A stretch of DNA of 64,000 bases from an uncultured Clostridia bacterium (GCA_934457145.1 CAKSHP010000005.1:17121-81120); one strand, 5' to 3'; shown: positions 27,451-36,921, counted from the first letter of the stretch. The notes: generated by a model from the sequence alone, not told the origin. Numbers and translations: made by a program.

Positions 27451-27496
27451 AAAGTCCGGCTGGCTGTTTGGCTTTGCCGGACTTTTCTTCTTTTTT
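27451..27496. terminator. bidirectional terminator closing the island
   Basis: AAAGTCCGGC pairs with GCCGGACTTT, followed by a T-rich run. Confidence 0.7.
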
Positions 27497-27662
27497 AATG
27501 AGGCATCATATCTTTTACCGCTTTTTTCATATCGCTTACCATATATCCGGCTTTTCTTGCCGCGCGCCTTCTTTGGCGCGGAGTGATAGGATCAAGCGCA
27601 AGGGCGACTGCCGCCCCGGCTATTGCTCCTGCAAATGCACCTTTGATAAATCCGTAGCTCAT
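27495..27662 (-). CDS. small glycine-zipper/YtxH-like protein
   Basis: The inner ATG after AAAGGAG gives MSYGFIKGAFAGAIAGAAVALALDP. Confidence 0.5.
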   Translation of the reverse strand: MSYGFIKGAFAGAIAGAAVALALDPITPRQRRRAARKAGYMVSDMKKAVKDMMPH

Positions 27663-27873
27663 AAGTTTATCTCCTTTCAAAAATCCGTGTTAAAAAATGC
27701 GGGATGAGTTTTTTTGCTGTTTTTATCGGGCGATATTATTATGTGTTTTAAATTAAATAAATAAACTTTATTTTAATGCATATTTTCAGATAAAAAAGGA
27801 TTTGAAATTTTAAAAAAATTATGGTAAAATATTATTGCGGTTTAAAAATATTTTTCGGAGATGATACATTAAT

Positions 27874-28593
27874 ATGGATAAAACGAAATATACTACAGAT
27901 GATCTTCTTTTGATAATGAAAAAATTAAGAGGCGAAAACGGTTGTCCGTGGGATAGGGTTCAGACGCATGAGTCTATTAAAGAGTGTATGGTTGAGGAAA
28001 GCTATGAAGTTATAGACGCTCTTGACAAAAAAGACGATAAGATGATGGCAAACGAGCTTGGCGATTTATTATTACAGATAGTGTTTCACTCGCAGATTGC
28101 TTCGGAGCGCGGAGCGTTTGACTTTAGCGATGTGACAGACGAAATATGCAAAAAGCTAATCAGCCGTCACAGCCATGTTTTCGGCAATGACAGCGCCGAA
28201 GATGACAAACAGGTTATTGATTTATGGGATAAAAATAAAAAAGCCGAAAAAGGGCTTTTGACGGTTACCGATTCTTTAAAGGACGTACCGGCTTCGTTTC
28301 CGTCTCTTATGCGGGCGCAAAAGGTGATAAAAAGGGCGGCGAAAAGCGACATGCAGTTTAAACCGGACTACAGCGAAAACGACATTTTAGACTCTGTTGC
28401 CGACGCTGTTTCGGATATCAGAAAAAACATTTTAAATAATGAAAACCCCGAGGAAAATTTTAAAAAGCTTCTGATGCTGACGGCGGCGTTTGCCTCAAAA
28501 AAACAGCTTTGCGCCGAAATTTTATTAAAAAATGCCGTTGACGAATTTATTGAAAAGTTTGAAGTTTTAGAGCAAGTTGCACAACAAAAATGA
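27874..28593 (+). CDS. mazG: MazG-family nucleoside triphosphate pyrophosphohydrolase
   Basis: Contains CPWD, EESYEVIDA and ELGDLLLQIVFH. It occupies the yabN position of the Bacillus yabN-yabR cluster. Confidence 0.85.
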   Translation: MDKTKYTTDDLLLIMKKLRGENGCPWDRVQTHESIKECMVEESYEVIDALDKKDDKMMANELGDLLLQIVFHSQIASERGAFDFSDVTDEICKKLISRHSHVFGNDSAEDDKQVIDLWDKNKKAEKGLLTVTDSLKDVPASFPSLMRAQKVIKRAAKSDMQFKPDYSENDILDSVADAVSDIRKNILNNENPEENFKKLLMLTAAFASKKQLCAEILLKNAVDEFIEKFEVLEQVAQQK

Positions 28594-28746
28594 TTTTTTT
28601 TGTGAGAATTGCACTTTAAAAGCCCAAAAAGCCTATGAAATAAAGAAAAAAATTTTTAAAAGGCAAGAAAAATTAAAAAAAATAAAGGATTTATAAAAAA
28701 GGGGTAGAATTTATATTTTGTCAATAATTTTAGGAGGTAATTTATA

Positions 28747-29019
28747 ATGAACAAAGCAGAATTAATCGCAAACGTTGCTGCAACAGCAGGTTTGACAAAA
28801 AAAGACGCAGAAAAAGCTATTAACGCATTTATTGAAAGTGTTGAAGGTGCATTAAAGAAGGGCGATAAAGTTCAGTTGGTTGGTTTCGGTACTTTTGAAG
28901 TTCGCGAAATAGCTGAAAGAACAGGCAGAAACCCCGCTACAGGCAAGGAAATCAAAATCCCCGCTTGCAAAAAGCCGGCTTTCAAAGTTGGTCAGGGTTT
29001 AAAGAATGCGCTTAACTAA
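28747..29019 (+). CDS. hup: DNA-binding protein HU
   Basis: MNKAELI...GFGTFEVRE.AERTGRNPATGKEIKIPA. Confidence 0.95.
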   Translation: MNKAELIANVAATAGLTKKDAEKAINAFIESVEGALKKGDKVQLVGFGTFEVREIAERTGRNPATGKEIKIPACKKPAFKVGQGLKNALN

Positions 29020-29030
29020 TCAGCGTTTAA

Positions 29031-29067
29031 AAAAACTGTTCCGTCTTTTTTGAGGGAACAGTTTTTT
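29031..29067 (+). terminator. terminator after hup
   Basis: AAACTGTTCC pairs with GGAACAGTTT, followed by a T-run. Confidence 0.75.
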
Positions 29068-29103
29068 GTTTTTTATAAAAATATAAATTTAAGGTGAAAA
29101 ACT

Positions 29104-29343
29104 ATGAGACTGGATAAATATTTAAAAGTATCGAGGCTTATAAAAAGGCGCAGCGTGGCAAACGAAGCGTGCGACACGGGCAGAATATCGGTAAACGGCA
29201 AGGTGTGCAAGGCTTCATATGACGTTAAGGAAAACGATATTATAGAAATCCGTTTCGGAGAAAAAACGGTGCGCGCTCAGGTGACGGCGGTTTTGGAGCA
29301 TGCGCTTAAAAACGATGCGGCGTCGATGTATAAGCTTGTTTAA
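29104..29343 (+). CDS. yabO: S4-domain RNA-binding protein (YabO-like)
   Basis: MRLDKYLKVSRLIKRRSVA...GRISVNGK. Confidence 0.8.
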   Translation: MRLDKYLKVSRLIKRRSVANEACDTGRISVNGKVCKASYDVKENDIIEIRFGEKTVRAQVTAVLEHALKNDAASMYKLV

Positions 29344-29407
29344 ATATGTTCTAAACGAAAAAAAATCTTCATACAAATATACTATTATATTGTATGGAGG
29401 TTTTTTT

Positions 29408-29683
29408 ATGTCTTCTTTGCAGGAAGTGAATAGTCACACTTTAAATATCGAAAACCGCAGTCATATTTTTATGACGGGGGCTTTAAATGTTGAAAATTTT
29501 GATGACACAAGCATGAAAATTGAAACGGTTATGGGAGATCTTGAGCTTAAGGGCAGCGGTATACACATTACAAAATTCGATACCGAGGCAAAGGAGCTTG
29601 CCATTGAGGGCGAGTTTGACAGTGTGGAGTATACCGATAACGAAACGCCAAAGGGAGGTTTTCTTTCCAGATTGTTTGGATAA
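29408..29683 (+). CDS. yabP: sporulation protein YabP
   Basis: The inner ATG 29408 gives HTLNIENRSHIFMTGALNVENFDD...LELKGSGIHI. Synteny supports the call. Confidence 0.75.
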   Translation: MSSLQEVNSHTLNIENRSHIFMTGALNVENFDDTSMKIETVMGDLELKGSGIHITKFDTEAKELAIEGEFDSVEYTDNETPKGGFLSRLFG

Positions 29684-29693
29684 GTGAGAAGAT

Positions 29694-30323
29694 ATGTCAT
29701 TAAGTTTAAATCAGCAGGTTTTTATATTTTTGATTATGGCGCTTTACGGCGCGTGCGCTTCAATGTTGTTCGACTTTTTTAAAAGTGTGTATAAAATATT
29801 TAAGCTGCCGGCATTTGCCGTTGGGATTTGCGATATAATATTTTGGGTTATCGTAAGCATTTCGGCATTTTTTACGTTGTTTACCGTAAACGACGGACAG
29901 ATAAGAGTGTTTGAGTTTCTGGCGATGGTTTTGGGAAGCGTGATCTATTTTTTAACGCTTTCGCCGCCTGTGGTTTTTGTGTTTTCGGTGTTTTTGAAAA
30001 TGTTTAAAAAATTTTTTTCGTTTTTTTTGAAATTTTTCTTGACTATTGCGCTTTTTTTGTATAAAATGATATTAAGATTATTATTGTGCATTAGTATACC
30101 CTTTAAATGGGTGTATGGCATAGTTTTGAATTTGTGCAAAAAAACAGCTTTTAAATTTCGCCGGAGTACGGGCGCTGTTATTAAAAACAGCCGGCAGAGG
30201 CGAAAAATTAAAAAATATAATGCGGACGCTGAAAAAAAGAGAGCTTTAAATAATAAAAAAACATCCGCAAAACGGCATATTAAGAAAAGGAGGGCTTTGC
30301 GTGGCAGAAAAAAAGAAAAATAA
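29694..30323 (+). CDS. yabQ: spore cortex biosynthesis protein YabQ
   Basis: Polytopic membrane protein with a Lys/Arg-rich tail, directly after yabP. Confidence 0.65.
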   Translation: MSLSLNQQVFIFLIMALYGACASMLFDFFKSVYKIFKLPAFAVGICDIIFWVIVSISAFFTLFTVNDGQIRVFEFLAMVLGSVIYFLTLSPPVVFVFSVFLKMFKKFFSFFLKFFLTIALFLYKMILRLLLCISIPFKWVYGIVLNLCKKTAFKFRRSTGAVIKNSRQRRKIKKYNADAEKKRALNNKKTSAKRHIKKRRALRGRKKEK

Positions 30324-30606
30324 GAAAAAAACGCCGCCGGTGTATATATTTCTTCGTTTTTTTACAATTGCATTTGTGATATTTGCGTTGTTTAAAATTA
30401 TTGCGCAGCAGCCCCTTTTAAATCAGTACAACGTTAAGGCAACGGAGTATACAAACCAAATCCAGACGGAAAAAGATAATATAGAACATTATAAAAATCT
30501 TAAAAAGCTTTATCAGTCGGAGGAATATAAAATGCTTATTGCAAAAGAACGCCTCGGACTTGTTGAAGAAAATGAAAAGGTTTATATTGATGCCGGCAGC
30601 AAATAG
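30301..30606 (+). CDS. divIC: septum formation initiator (DivIC/FtsB family)
   Basis: GTG start, basic N-terminus, one TM helix and a coiled coil. Synteny supports the call. Confidence 0.7.
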   Translation: MAEKKKNKKKTPPVYIFLRFFTIAFVIFALFKIIAQQPLLNQYNVKATEYTNQIQTEKDNIEHYKNLKKLYQSEEYKMLIAKERLGLVEENEKVYIDAGSK

Positions 30607-30678
30607 CTGCCATATGCCGATATATGATAGATAAAACGTTTGCTTTATGCAGGCGATTAAGGGGGAAAGCTGTTTTTT

Positions 30679-31149
30679 ATGGCACTTGAAGTTGGAGCGG
30701 TAGTTGAGGGAAAAGTTGTAAGTATTATGCCTTTCGGAGCATTTGTGTCTTTGCCGGAGGGAAAAACGGGGCTTGTGCATATTTCCGAGGTTGCAATCGG
30801 GTATGTCAAAAACGTTGCAGATCATTTGAGCGCAAACCAAAGCGTGAAGGTTAAGGTTGTGGGAATTGATCCTAAGGGGAAAATCAGTTTATCTATTAAA
30901 AAGGTTTTGTTGGATGAAAAAAAGGAAGCCTCCCAGTCCGAGGGGCGCGGCAGACACAGTGCGTCTGTGAGGCCGGTGAGCGTTGACTGGATTTCTTCTT
31001 CCAATTCGTCTGCTCAGGATTTATCGTTTGAAGATATGCTCGGTAAGTTTAAGTCTGACAGTGATGAGAAAATGCAGGCTTTGAAACGCAGCTCCGATTC
31101 GAAACGCAGCGGAGGATATAAGCGTTCGTCCGGAGGCAATCACTATTAA
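30679..31149 (+). CDS. yabR: S1 RNA-binding domain protein (YabR-like)
   Basis: GAVVEGKVVSIMPFGAFVSLPEGKTGLVHISEV. Confidence 0.8.
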   Translation: MALEVGAVVEGKVVSIMPFGAFVSLPEGKTGLVHISEVAIGYVKNVADHLSANQSVKVKVVGIDPKGKISLSIKKVLLDEKKEASQSEGRGRHSASVRPVSVDWISSSNSSAQDLSFEDMLGKFKSDSDEKMQALKRSSDSKRSGGYKRSSGGNHY

Positions 31150-31240
31150 AAATAAAAAGGCGCTGCTTTTAAGCGGCGCTTTAGTTTTAGTACAAATAAA
31201 AAGAAAAGCAATTATTTCATGATGAAAGGAAATTTTAGTT

Positions 31241-32026
31241 ATGAGTTTGATATCGATGTCCGTTTCGTCGGCAGTTTTGCAAACAACGGTTGATTTAAAT
31301 GTTATAGCGCCGTACGACACTCTCGGAGAAAAAAAGGGGAAAAAGCCGTGTGTGCTGTATTTATTGCACGGTATTTACGGGTCGCACAATTCGTGGGTAT
31401 GCAATTCAAATATTTCAAGATATGTGAGCGGTAAAAATGTTTTGGTTGTTATACCGAATATGAATAACACGTTTTACGTTAATAATGCGCACGGGATAAG
31501 ATATTTGGATTTTATGGCGCATGAGCTGCCCGAAATTATCGGAAACACGTTTTCGGTTTCGCAAAAAAGGGAGGACACATTTATCTGCGGACTTTCCATG
31601 GGAGGGTACGGAGCGTTCAGAATTGCTTTTGAAGCGCCCGAAAAATTTGCATGTGCGGCGAGCCTTTCGGGGGCGCTTGATATTTGCGAAATTTCAAAAA
31701 ACGGCGGCATGGACGGCTTTGACGATACGATTAAAAACAGCTTTAAGATTAATTTTGGTGAAAACGGCGTAGCGCCCGGAGATGAAAACGACCTTTTCTA
31801 TCTTTCGGAAAAGACATCGCATTTAAAGGTTAAACCAAAGCTTTTGCAGTACTGCGGAAAACAGGATTTTTTATATAAACATAATCAGAATTTTAAAAAC
31901 CATATTCAAAAGCTTGATTTTGAATATAATTATTATGAAAGCGACGGTATACATGACTGGAACTTCTGGGACGATAAGATACAGAAGGTTTTATGTGAGA
32001 TAGAAAAAATAAATACAAATATTTAA
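31241..32026 (+). CDS. esterase family protein (esterase D/tributyrin esterase-like)
   Basis: LLHG..., nucleophile elbow GLSMGGYGA, and a C-terminal DGIHDW. Confidence 0.7.
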   Translation: MSLISMSVSSAVLQTTVDLNVIAPYDTLGEKKGKKPCVLYLLHGIYGSHNSWVCNSNISRYVSGKNVLVVIPNMNNTFYVNNAHGIRYLDFMAHELPEIIGNTFSVSQKREDTFICGLSMGGYGAFRIAFEAPEKFACAASLSGALDICEISKNGGMDGFDDTIKNSFKINFGENGVAPGDENDLFYLSEKTSHLKVKPKLLQYCGKQDFLYKHNQNFKNHIQKLDFEYNYYESDGIHDWNFWDDKIQKVLCEIEKINTNI

Positions 32027-32101
32027 AAAAGTAACATCAGGGTTTAATTTTCGGCATATGCTTTAAACGGATATAATAAATTCGTGAAAGGCGGAAAGCA
32101 T

Positions 32102-32563
32102 ATGAAGAAAATTAAACCCTTTATTTATTTTATACTTATCTCTCTGATGACGGGAGCTTTGGCGGCTTTTTTAACGAAAGACAGCATGGATATATACAAA
32201 GACATCATAAAACCGCCGCTTTCGCCGCCGGCGGCAGCGTTTCCGATTGTGTGGAATGCGCTTTATATTTTAATGGGTGCGGGAGCGGCAATTGTTTATA
32301 GTTCGGAAAGTATATACAAAGGTACGGCAATTTTGGCATATACCATGCAGCTTTCGGCAAACTTTCTCTGGAGCATAATATTTTTTAATTTACGGGCATA
32401 CAAGGCGGCGTTTTTGTGGATTTTGGTTTTGCTTATGACGATTGCCGTTATGATTTACTTTTTTAATAAAATTTCAAAAACGGCGGCATACCTTCAAATC
32501 CCGTATTTTATATGGGTGATTTTTGCTGCGTATCTGACGTTTGCGATTGCGGTTTTAAACTAA
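32102..32563 (+). CDS. tspO: TspO/MBR tryptophan-rich sensory protein
   Basis: Five TM helices with KPPLSPP...FPIVWNALYILMG. Confidence 0.8.
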   Translation: MKKIKPFIYFILISLMTGALAAFLTKDSMDIYKDIIKPPLSPPAAAFPIVWNALYILMGAGAAIVYSSESIYKGTAILAYTMQLSANFLWSIIFFNLRAYKAAFLWILVLLMTIAVMIYFFNKISKTAAYLQIPYFIWVIFAAYLTFAIAVLN

Positions 32564-32711
32564 GAATTTTGGATATTTTTTAGGCATATTGTGTTTAAAT
32601 TTTAATGCGTGCGGGGCGCAGCGGTAAAATGATTTTATTTTGCTGCTGCGCTTTTTGTTTTGCAAAAAAGAAAAGAAGATAATTTTTGGCTTATAGAACA
32701 CAATAATTTTC

Positions 32712-32740
32712 TTGAAAACTCAAAAATAATTATACATAAT
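32712..32740 (+). promoter_or_regulatory. promoter TTGAAA-17-CATAAT upstream of the GRE activase
   Basis: Read directly from the sequence. Confidence 0.4.
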
Positions 32741-32800
32741 AGTATTAGAAGATTAAAAGGCATTAAAAATTTTTTGATGCCTGACCGGGAGGCGTGTTTT

Positions 32801-33667
32801 ATGAGCAGCGGAACTGTTTTTTCGGGAACTGTTTTTTCAATAGAAGAATTTTCGACCTTTGACGGCGACGGTATACGGAGCAGCGTGTTTTTAAAAGGTT
32901 GTCCGCTTAGGTGTATGTGGTGTCACAATCCGGAGGGGCAGAGTACAAAAATAAGCGTTGTAAGAAACGTGAACGGCTGCATTGGCTGCGGAGAGTGTGT
33001 CCGTGCGGCAATAAAGGCAACCGGGCAGAAAAAGCTTTGCTATGAAAGCATTGACGCGTGCAAAAAAAATCTTATCAGGCTTTGCGGAACAAGGTATACC
33101 CCAAAAGAGCTTACAAAAAAACTTTTAAGAAATGCCGATATTTTAAATGCGTCGGGCGGGGGAGTTACGTTTTCGGGCGGAGAACCGCTTATGCAGAGCG
33201 AGTTTGTGTGTGAGTGTATAGATATTCTTAAAAACAAGCTTAACTGCGCGGTGCAGACGAGCGGATATGCAAAAAGCGAAGTGTTTGAAAAGGTGTTGGG
33301 TGCGGCAGATTATTTTTTATATGATTTAAAAATTATAGACAGCAAAAACCATATAAAATATACCGGGGCGGATAATGTGTGCATACTTGAAAACTATAAA
33401 ACGCTTGCAAAAAGCAAAAAGCCGTTTGTGACAAGGATGCCTTTGATACCGACCGTTACGGACACAAGCGAAAACATTGATAATGTGTGCAAATTTATGA
33501 GCGAAAACAAGGTTTTTTATGTAGAGCTTTTAAAATACAATAAAATGGCGGGGGCAAAATACAAAATGGTTGGAAGAGAGTATGCCCCGTCATTTGATGA
33601 AAACAAAGAATGTGAGATACACAAAGAAATATTTGATAAATATAATATAAAAATAAAAGTGCTTTAG
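32801..33667 (+). CDS. glycyl-radical enzyme activating protein (radical SAM)
   Basis: The inner ATG after GGGAGG gives FDGDGIRSSVFLKGCPLRCMWCHNPE (CX3CX2C). There is an auxiliary Cys cluster CIGCGECVRA, plus GGVTFSGGEP. Confidence 0.85.
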   Translation: MSSGTVFSGTVFSIEEFSTFDGDGIRSSVFLKGCPLRCMWCHNPEGQSTKISVVRNVNGCIGCGECVRAAIKATGQKKLCYESIDACKKNLIRLCGTRYTPKELTKKLLRNADILNASGGGVTFSGGEPLMQSEFVCECIDILKNKLNCAVQTSGYAKSEVFEKVLGAADYFLYDLKIIDSKNHIKYTGADNVCILENYKTLAKSKKPFVTRMPLIPTVTDTSENIDNVCKFMSENKVFYVELLKYNKMAGAKYKMVGREYAPSFDENKECEIHKEIFDKYNIKIKVL

Positions 33668-33682
33668 TCGGGAGGAATAAAG

Positions 33683-35698
33683 ATGACGAACAGAGTTGAA
33701 AAATTTCTTGAATTTGTAAACAATGGGGAGTATAAAAAGCAAAGGAAAGACGGAAGAGCGGATATTGATATGAATATGGACTCTTTTAGCCTTATGCAGC
33801 AGAATGCGCAGTTTCTAAAACGTATGCTGCAAAGAGAGGAGCCGCTGTTTTACGAAAACGATATATTCGGATTTAACCGCACATACGGCAAAGCCGATTA
33901 TTATGCTGAAAAATATGTCGAAAACGATAAAAATTTAAGCGGTCCTCTGGGAAATGTTACGGTTGATTATGCGAATATATTAAAAATCGGATTGCCGGGC
34001 ATTGAAGAAAAGATAAGAAAGTATAAAGAAAATGCGCCCAAAGAAAAAGAGGAGTTTTATGATTGTGCGCTGCAATGCATAGAAGAAATTATAAAATTTG
34101 CGAAAAGATATGCCGCAGCAGCGCCGGATAACATAAAAGAAGCTTTTGAAAATGTGTGCAAAAAAGCGCCCGGGACATATTTTGAAGCGCTTATCACAAT
34201 AAAGATTGTGATATTTGCGCTGCGCTGTATCGACATGCCGCACGTTACCTTAGGCGGATTTGACAGATATGTGTATCCTTATTTTGAGGTGGATATAAAA
34301 AGAGGAAAAACAACAGAGGAGCTTTATGAAATAACGCAGCTTTTCTTTATAAGCTTAAATATTGATACCGATATTTATATCGGCGTGCAAACGGGCGACA
34401 ACGGACAGTCGATGGTGCTCGGAGGTCTTGACAAAAGCGGAAAAGACATTTTTAACGAAGTTTCGAAAATGTGCATGAAAGCATCGATGGAGCTTAATTT
34501 AATTGATCCGAAAATAAACTTAAGAGTGCACAAAAACACTCCGTTTGAAATATACAGGCTCGGAACCGAGCTTACAAAAAAAGGTCTGGGATTTCCGCAG
34601 TATTCTAACGATGATGTTGTTATAAGCGGATTAAAAAAGCTCGGCTATGATGAAGAGGATTGCTATGATTATACTGTGGCGGCTTGTTGGGAATTTATAA
34701 TTCCGGGAAAAGGAATGGACATTCCAAATATAGAAACTTTTAATTTTCCGCTTGTTTTTTGCCGCACTTTGGAAAAATATCTTGACGCTTCAAAGGATTT
34801 TGACAGTTTTCTTTCGCATATGAAAGACGAGATAAAAAATGAGTGTAAAAAAATTATTAAAAAGCTTGAAAATATTGTTTTAATTCCGTCGCCGTGTTTA
34901 TCAATTTTTATGAGCGACTGCATTGAAAAGGGACTTGACGTTTCGCAGCAGGGCTGCAAATACAACAACTTCGGCTGTCACGGCGCGGGGCTTGCAACGG
35001 CGGCAGACTCGCTGAGCGCGGTTAAAACGGTTATTTATGATGAAAAGTCTGTTTCAAAAGATGAGCTTAAAGAAGCTTTGAAAAATGATTTTAAAGGATT
35101 TGAAAAGCTTCGTAAAAAACTGCTTGCGTGCCCGAAAATGGGCGACAGCAGCGATCTGCCGGAGGATATTTCGGTTTCGTTGTTAGATGCGTTTTCCGAT
35201 AATTTAAACGGCAAAAAAAATAGATTTGGCGGCATTTTCCGCGCGGGGACAGGCTCTGCTATGGAATATATTTTAAGTGCAGCAAAGGTTGGCGCAACGC
35301 CGGACGGCAGAAATGCCGGCGCGCCCTACGGTTCAAGCTTTTCACCGTCGCTTGAGGCAAGGCCTGCGGGACTTTTGTCGGTTATACACGCGTTTACAAA
35401 ATCCGACCTGACAAAAACGATAAACGGCGGTCCGCTCACGGTTGAAATCCACGACCAGACATTTAGAAACGACGACGGCATAAACAAAGTTGCTATGGCG
35501 GTTCGGGCGTTTATAGATTTGGGCGGACATCAGATCCAGCTTAACTCCGTTAACAAAGAGCGTTTGCTCGATGCACAAAAACACCCCGAAAAATATAAAA
35601 ACCTTATAGTAAGGGTGTGGGGCTGGAGCGGATATTTCGGCGAGCTTGATTTGTGTTACCAAAACCATATTATTAAAAGATGTGAGTTTAATTTATAA
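33683..35698 (+). CDS. short glycyl-radical enzyme (PFL-like fold), substrate unknown
   Basis: The C-terminus has IVRVWGWSGYF, an RVxG glycyl-radical motif, with the Gly at codon 647 (35621-35623). The candidate thiyl Cys is codon 335 in AACWEF. The protein is 671 aa. Confidence 0.8.
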   Translation: MTNRVEKFLEFVNNGEYKKQRKDGRADIDMNMDSFSLMQQNAQFLKRMLQREEPLFYENDIFGFNRTYGKADYYAEKYVENDKNLSGPLGNVTVDYANILKIGLPGIEEKIRKYKENAPKEKEEFYDCALQCIEEIIKFAKRYAAAAPDNIKEAFENVCKKAPGTYFEALITIKIVIFALRCIDMPHVTLGGFDRYVYPYFEVDIKRGKTTEELYEITQLFFISLNIDTDIYIGVQTGDNGQSMVLGGLDKSGKDIFNEVSKMCMKASMELNLIDPKINLRVHKNTPFEIYRLGTELTKKGLGFPQYSNDDVVISGLKKLGYDEEDCYDYTVAACWEFIIPGKGMDIPNIETFNFPLVFCRTLEKYLDASKDFDSFLSHMKDEIKNECKKIIKKLENIVLIPSPCLSIFMSDCIEKGLDVSQQGCKYNNFGCHGAGLATAADSLSAVKTVIYDEKSVSKDELKEALKNDFKGFEKLRKKLLACPKMGDSSDLPEDISVSLLDAFSDNLNGKKNRFGGIFRAGTGSAMEYILSAAKVGATPDGRNAGAPYGSSFSPSLEARPAGLLSVIHAFTKSDLTKTINGGPLTVEIHDQTFRNDDGINKVAMAVRAFIDLGGHQIQLNSVNKERLLDAQKHPEKYKNLIVRVWGWSGYFGELDLCYQNHIIKRCEFNL

Positions 35699-35769
35699 AT
35701 ATTTTCTTGTGTTTTACAGCCGGACGTGGTAAAATGGTTATATAAATCACAAGGAAATGAGGGGAAACT

Positions 35770-36921
35770 ATGGTTACGCAGGATATAAAATATATCGGAG
35801 TAGACGATCATGAGATTGACTTGTTTGAGGGGCAGTATATTGTTCCGAACGGCATGGCATATAATTCGTATGCTGTAATTGATGAAAAAATTGCAGTTTT
35901 AGACACTGTTGACAAAAGGTTTTCAGACGAGTGGCTGGAAAACGTTAAAGAAGCTTTGGGAGGAAGATGTGCGGATTATCTTATAATTCATCACATGGAG
36001 CCCGACCATTCGGCAAATATCAAAAAATTTATGGATGAGTATCAAGACGCAAAAATTGTTGCAAGCGCCAAGGCGTTTGTGATGATGAAGCAGTTTTTTA
36101 AAACGGATTTCGGCGAAAGAGGAATTGTTATAAAAGAAGGCGATACGCTTGAGCTTGGCAAACACACGCTCCGGTTTATTTCGGCGCCTATGGTTCACTG
36201 GCCGGAGGTTATGATGACATATGATATGTGCGACGGAGTTTTGTTTTCGGCAGACGGGTTCGGAAAATTCGGTGCGCTTGACAGAGACGAAGAGTGGGAC
36301 TGCGAGGCGCGCAGATACTATATAGGAATTGTCGGAAAATACGGCGCACAGGTGCAGAGCGTTTTGAAAAAGGCGTCTGCGCTTGATATAAAGATAATTT
36401 GTCCGCTTCACGGACCTGTGCTTAAAGAAAATCTTAAGCATTATATTGATTTATATAACACATGGTCGTCTTATGTGCCCGAAAGCGAGGGCGTTATGAT
36501 AGCATACACCTCGGTTTACGGAAACACAAAAGAAGCGGCGCTGCTGCTTAAAAATGCGCTTTGCGAAAACGGCTGCAAAAAGGTTGTTGTATGTGACCTT
36601 GCAAGAGAGGACATGGCAGAGGCTGTGGAGGACGCATTCCGCTACGGAAAGCTTGTTTTGGCAACCACAACGTACAATGCGGAAATTTTTCCGTTTATGA
36701 AACATTTTATAGACAGTCTGACGGAAAGAAATTACCAAAACCGTATGATAGGGCTTATTGAAAACGGTTCATGGGCACCGACGGCGGCGAAGGTTATGCG
36801 CGCCATGTTTGAAAAGAGCAAAAACATAACTTTTGCAGAAAATACGGTAACGATTAAATCTGCCTTAGATGATGAGAGTATACAAAAAATCAACGATCTT
36901 GCAAAGGAGCTTTGCAAGTAA
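35770..36921 (+). CDS. flavodiiron protein (metallo-beta-lactamase-like plus flavodoxin domains)
   Basis: Di-iron motif HHMEPDHS, with a flavodoxin-like IAYTSVYGNTKEAA. A likely own promoter (TTGTGT-17-TAAAAT) lies upstream. Confidence 0.8.
   Translation: MVTQDIKYIGVDDHEIDLFEGQYIVPNGMAYNSYAVIDEKIAVLDTVDKRFSDEWLENVKEALGGRCADYLIIHHMEPDHSANIKKFMDEYQDAKIVASAKAFVMMKQFFKTDFGERGIVIKEGDTLELGKHTLRFISAPMVHWPEVMMTYDMCDGVLFSADGFGKFGALDRDEEWDCEARRYYIGIVGKYGAQVQSVLKKASALDIKIICPLHGPVLKENLKHYIDLYNTWSSYVPESEGVMIAYTSVYGNTKEAALLLKNALCENGCKKVVVCDLAREDMAEAVEDAFRYGKLVLATTTYNAEIFPFMKHFIDSLTERNYQNRMIGLIENGSWAPTAAKVMRAMFEKSKNITFAENTVTIKSALDDESIQKINDLAKELCK

Noticed and set aside
27368-27707. 72-aa and 99-aa plus-strand ORFs (MRGDRQNRRPGREK...).
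   Set aside because: They read through the GC hairpin element and the bidirectional terminator, and run antisense to the small YtxH-like gene.
35923-36441. 172-aa minus-strand ORF inside the flavodiiron gene.
   Set aside because: It is a shadow ORF. The plus frame has di-iron and flavodoxin motifs.
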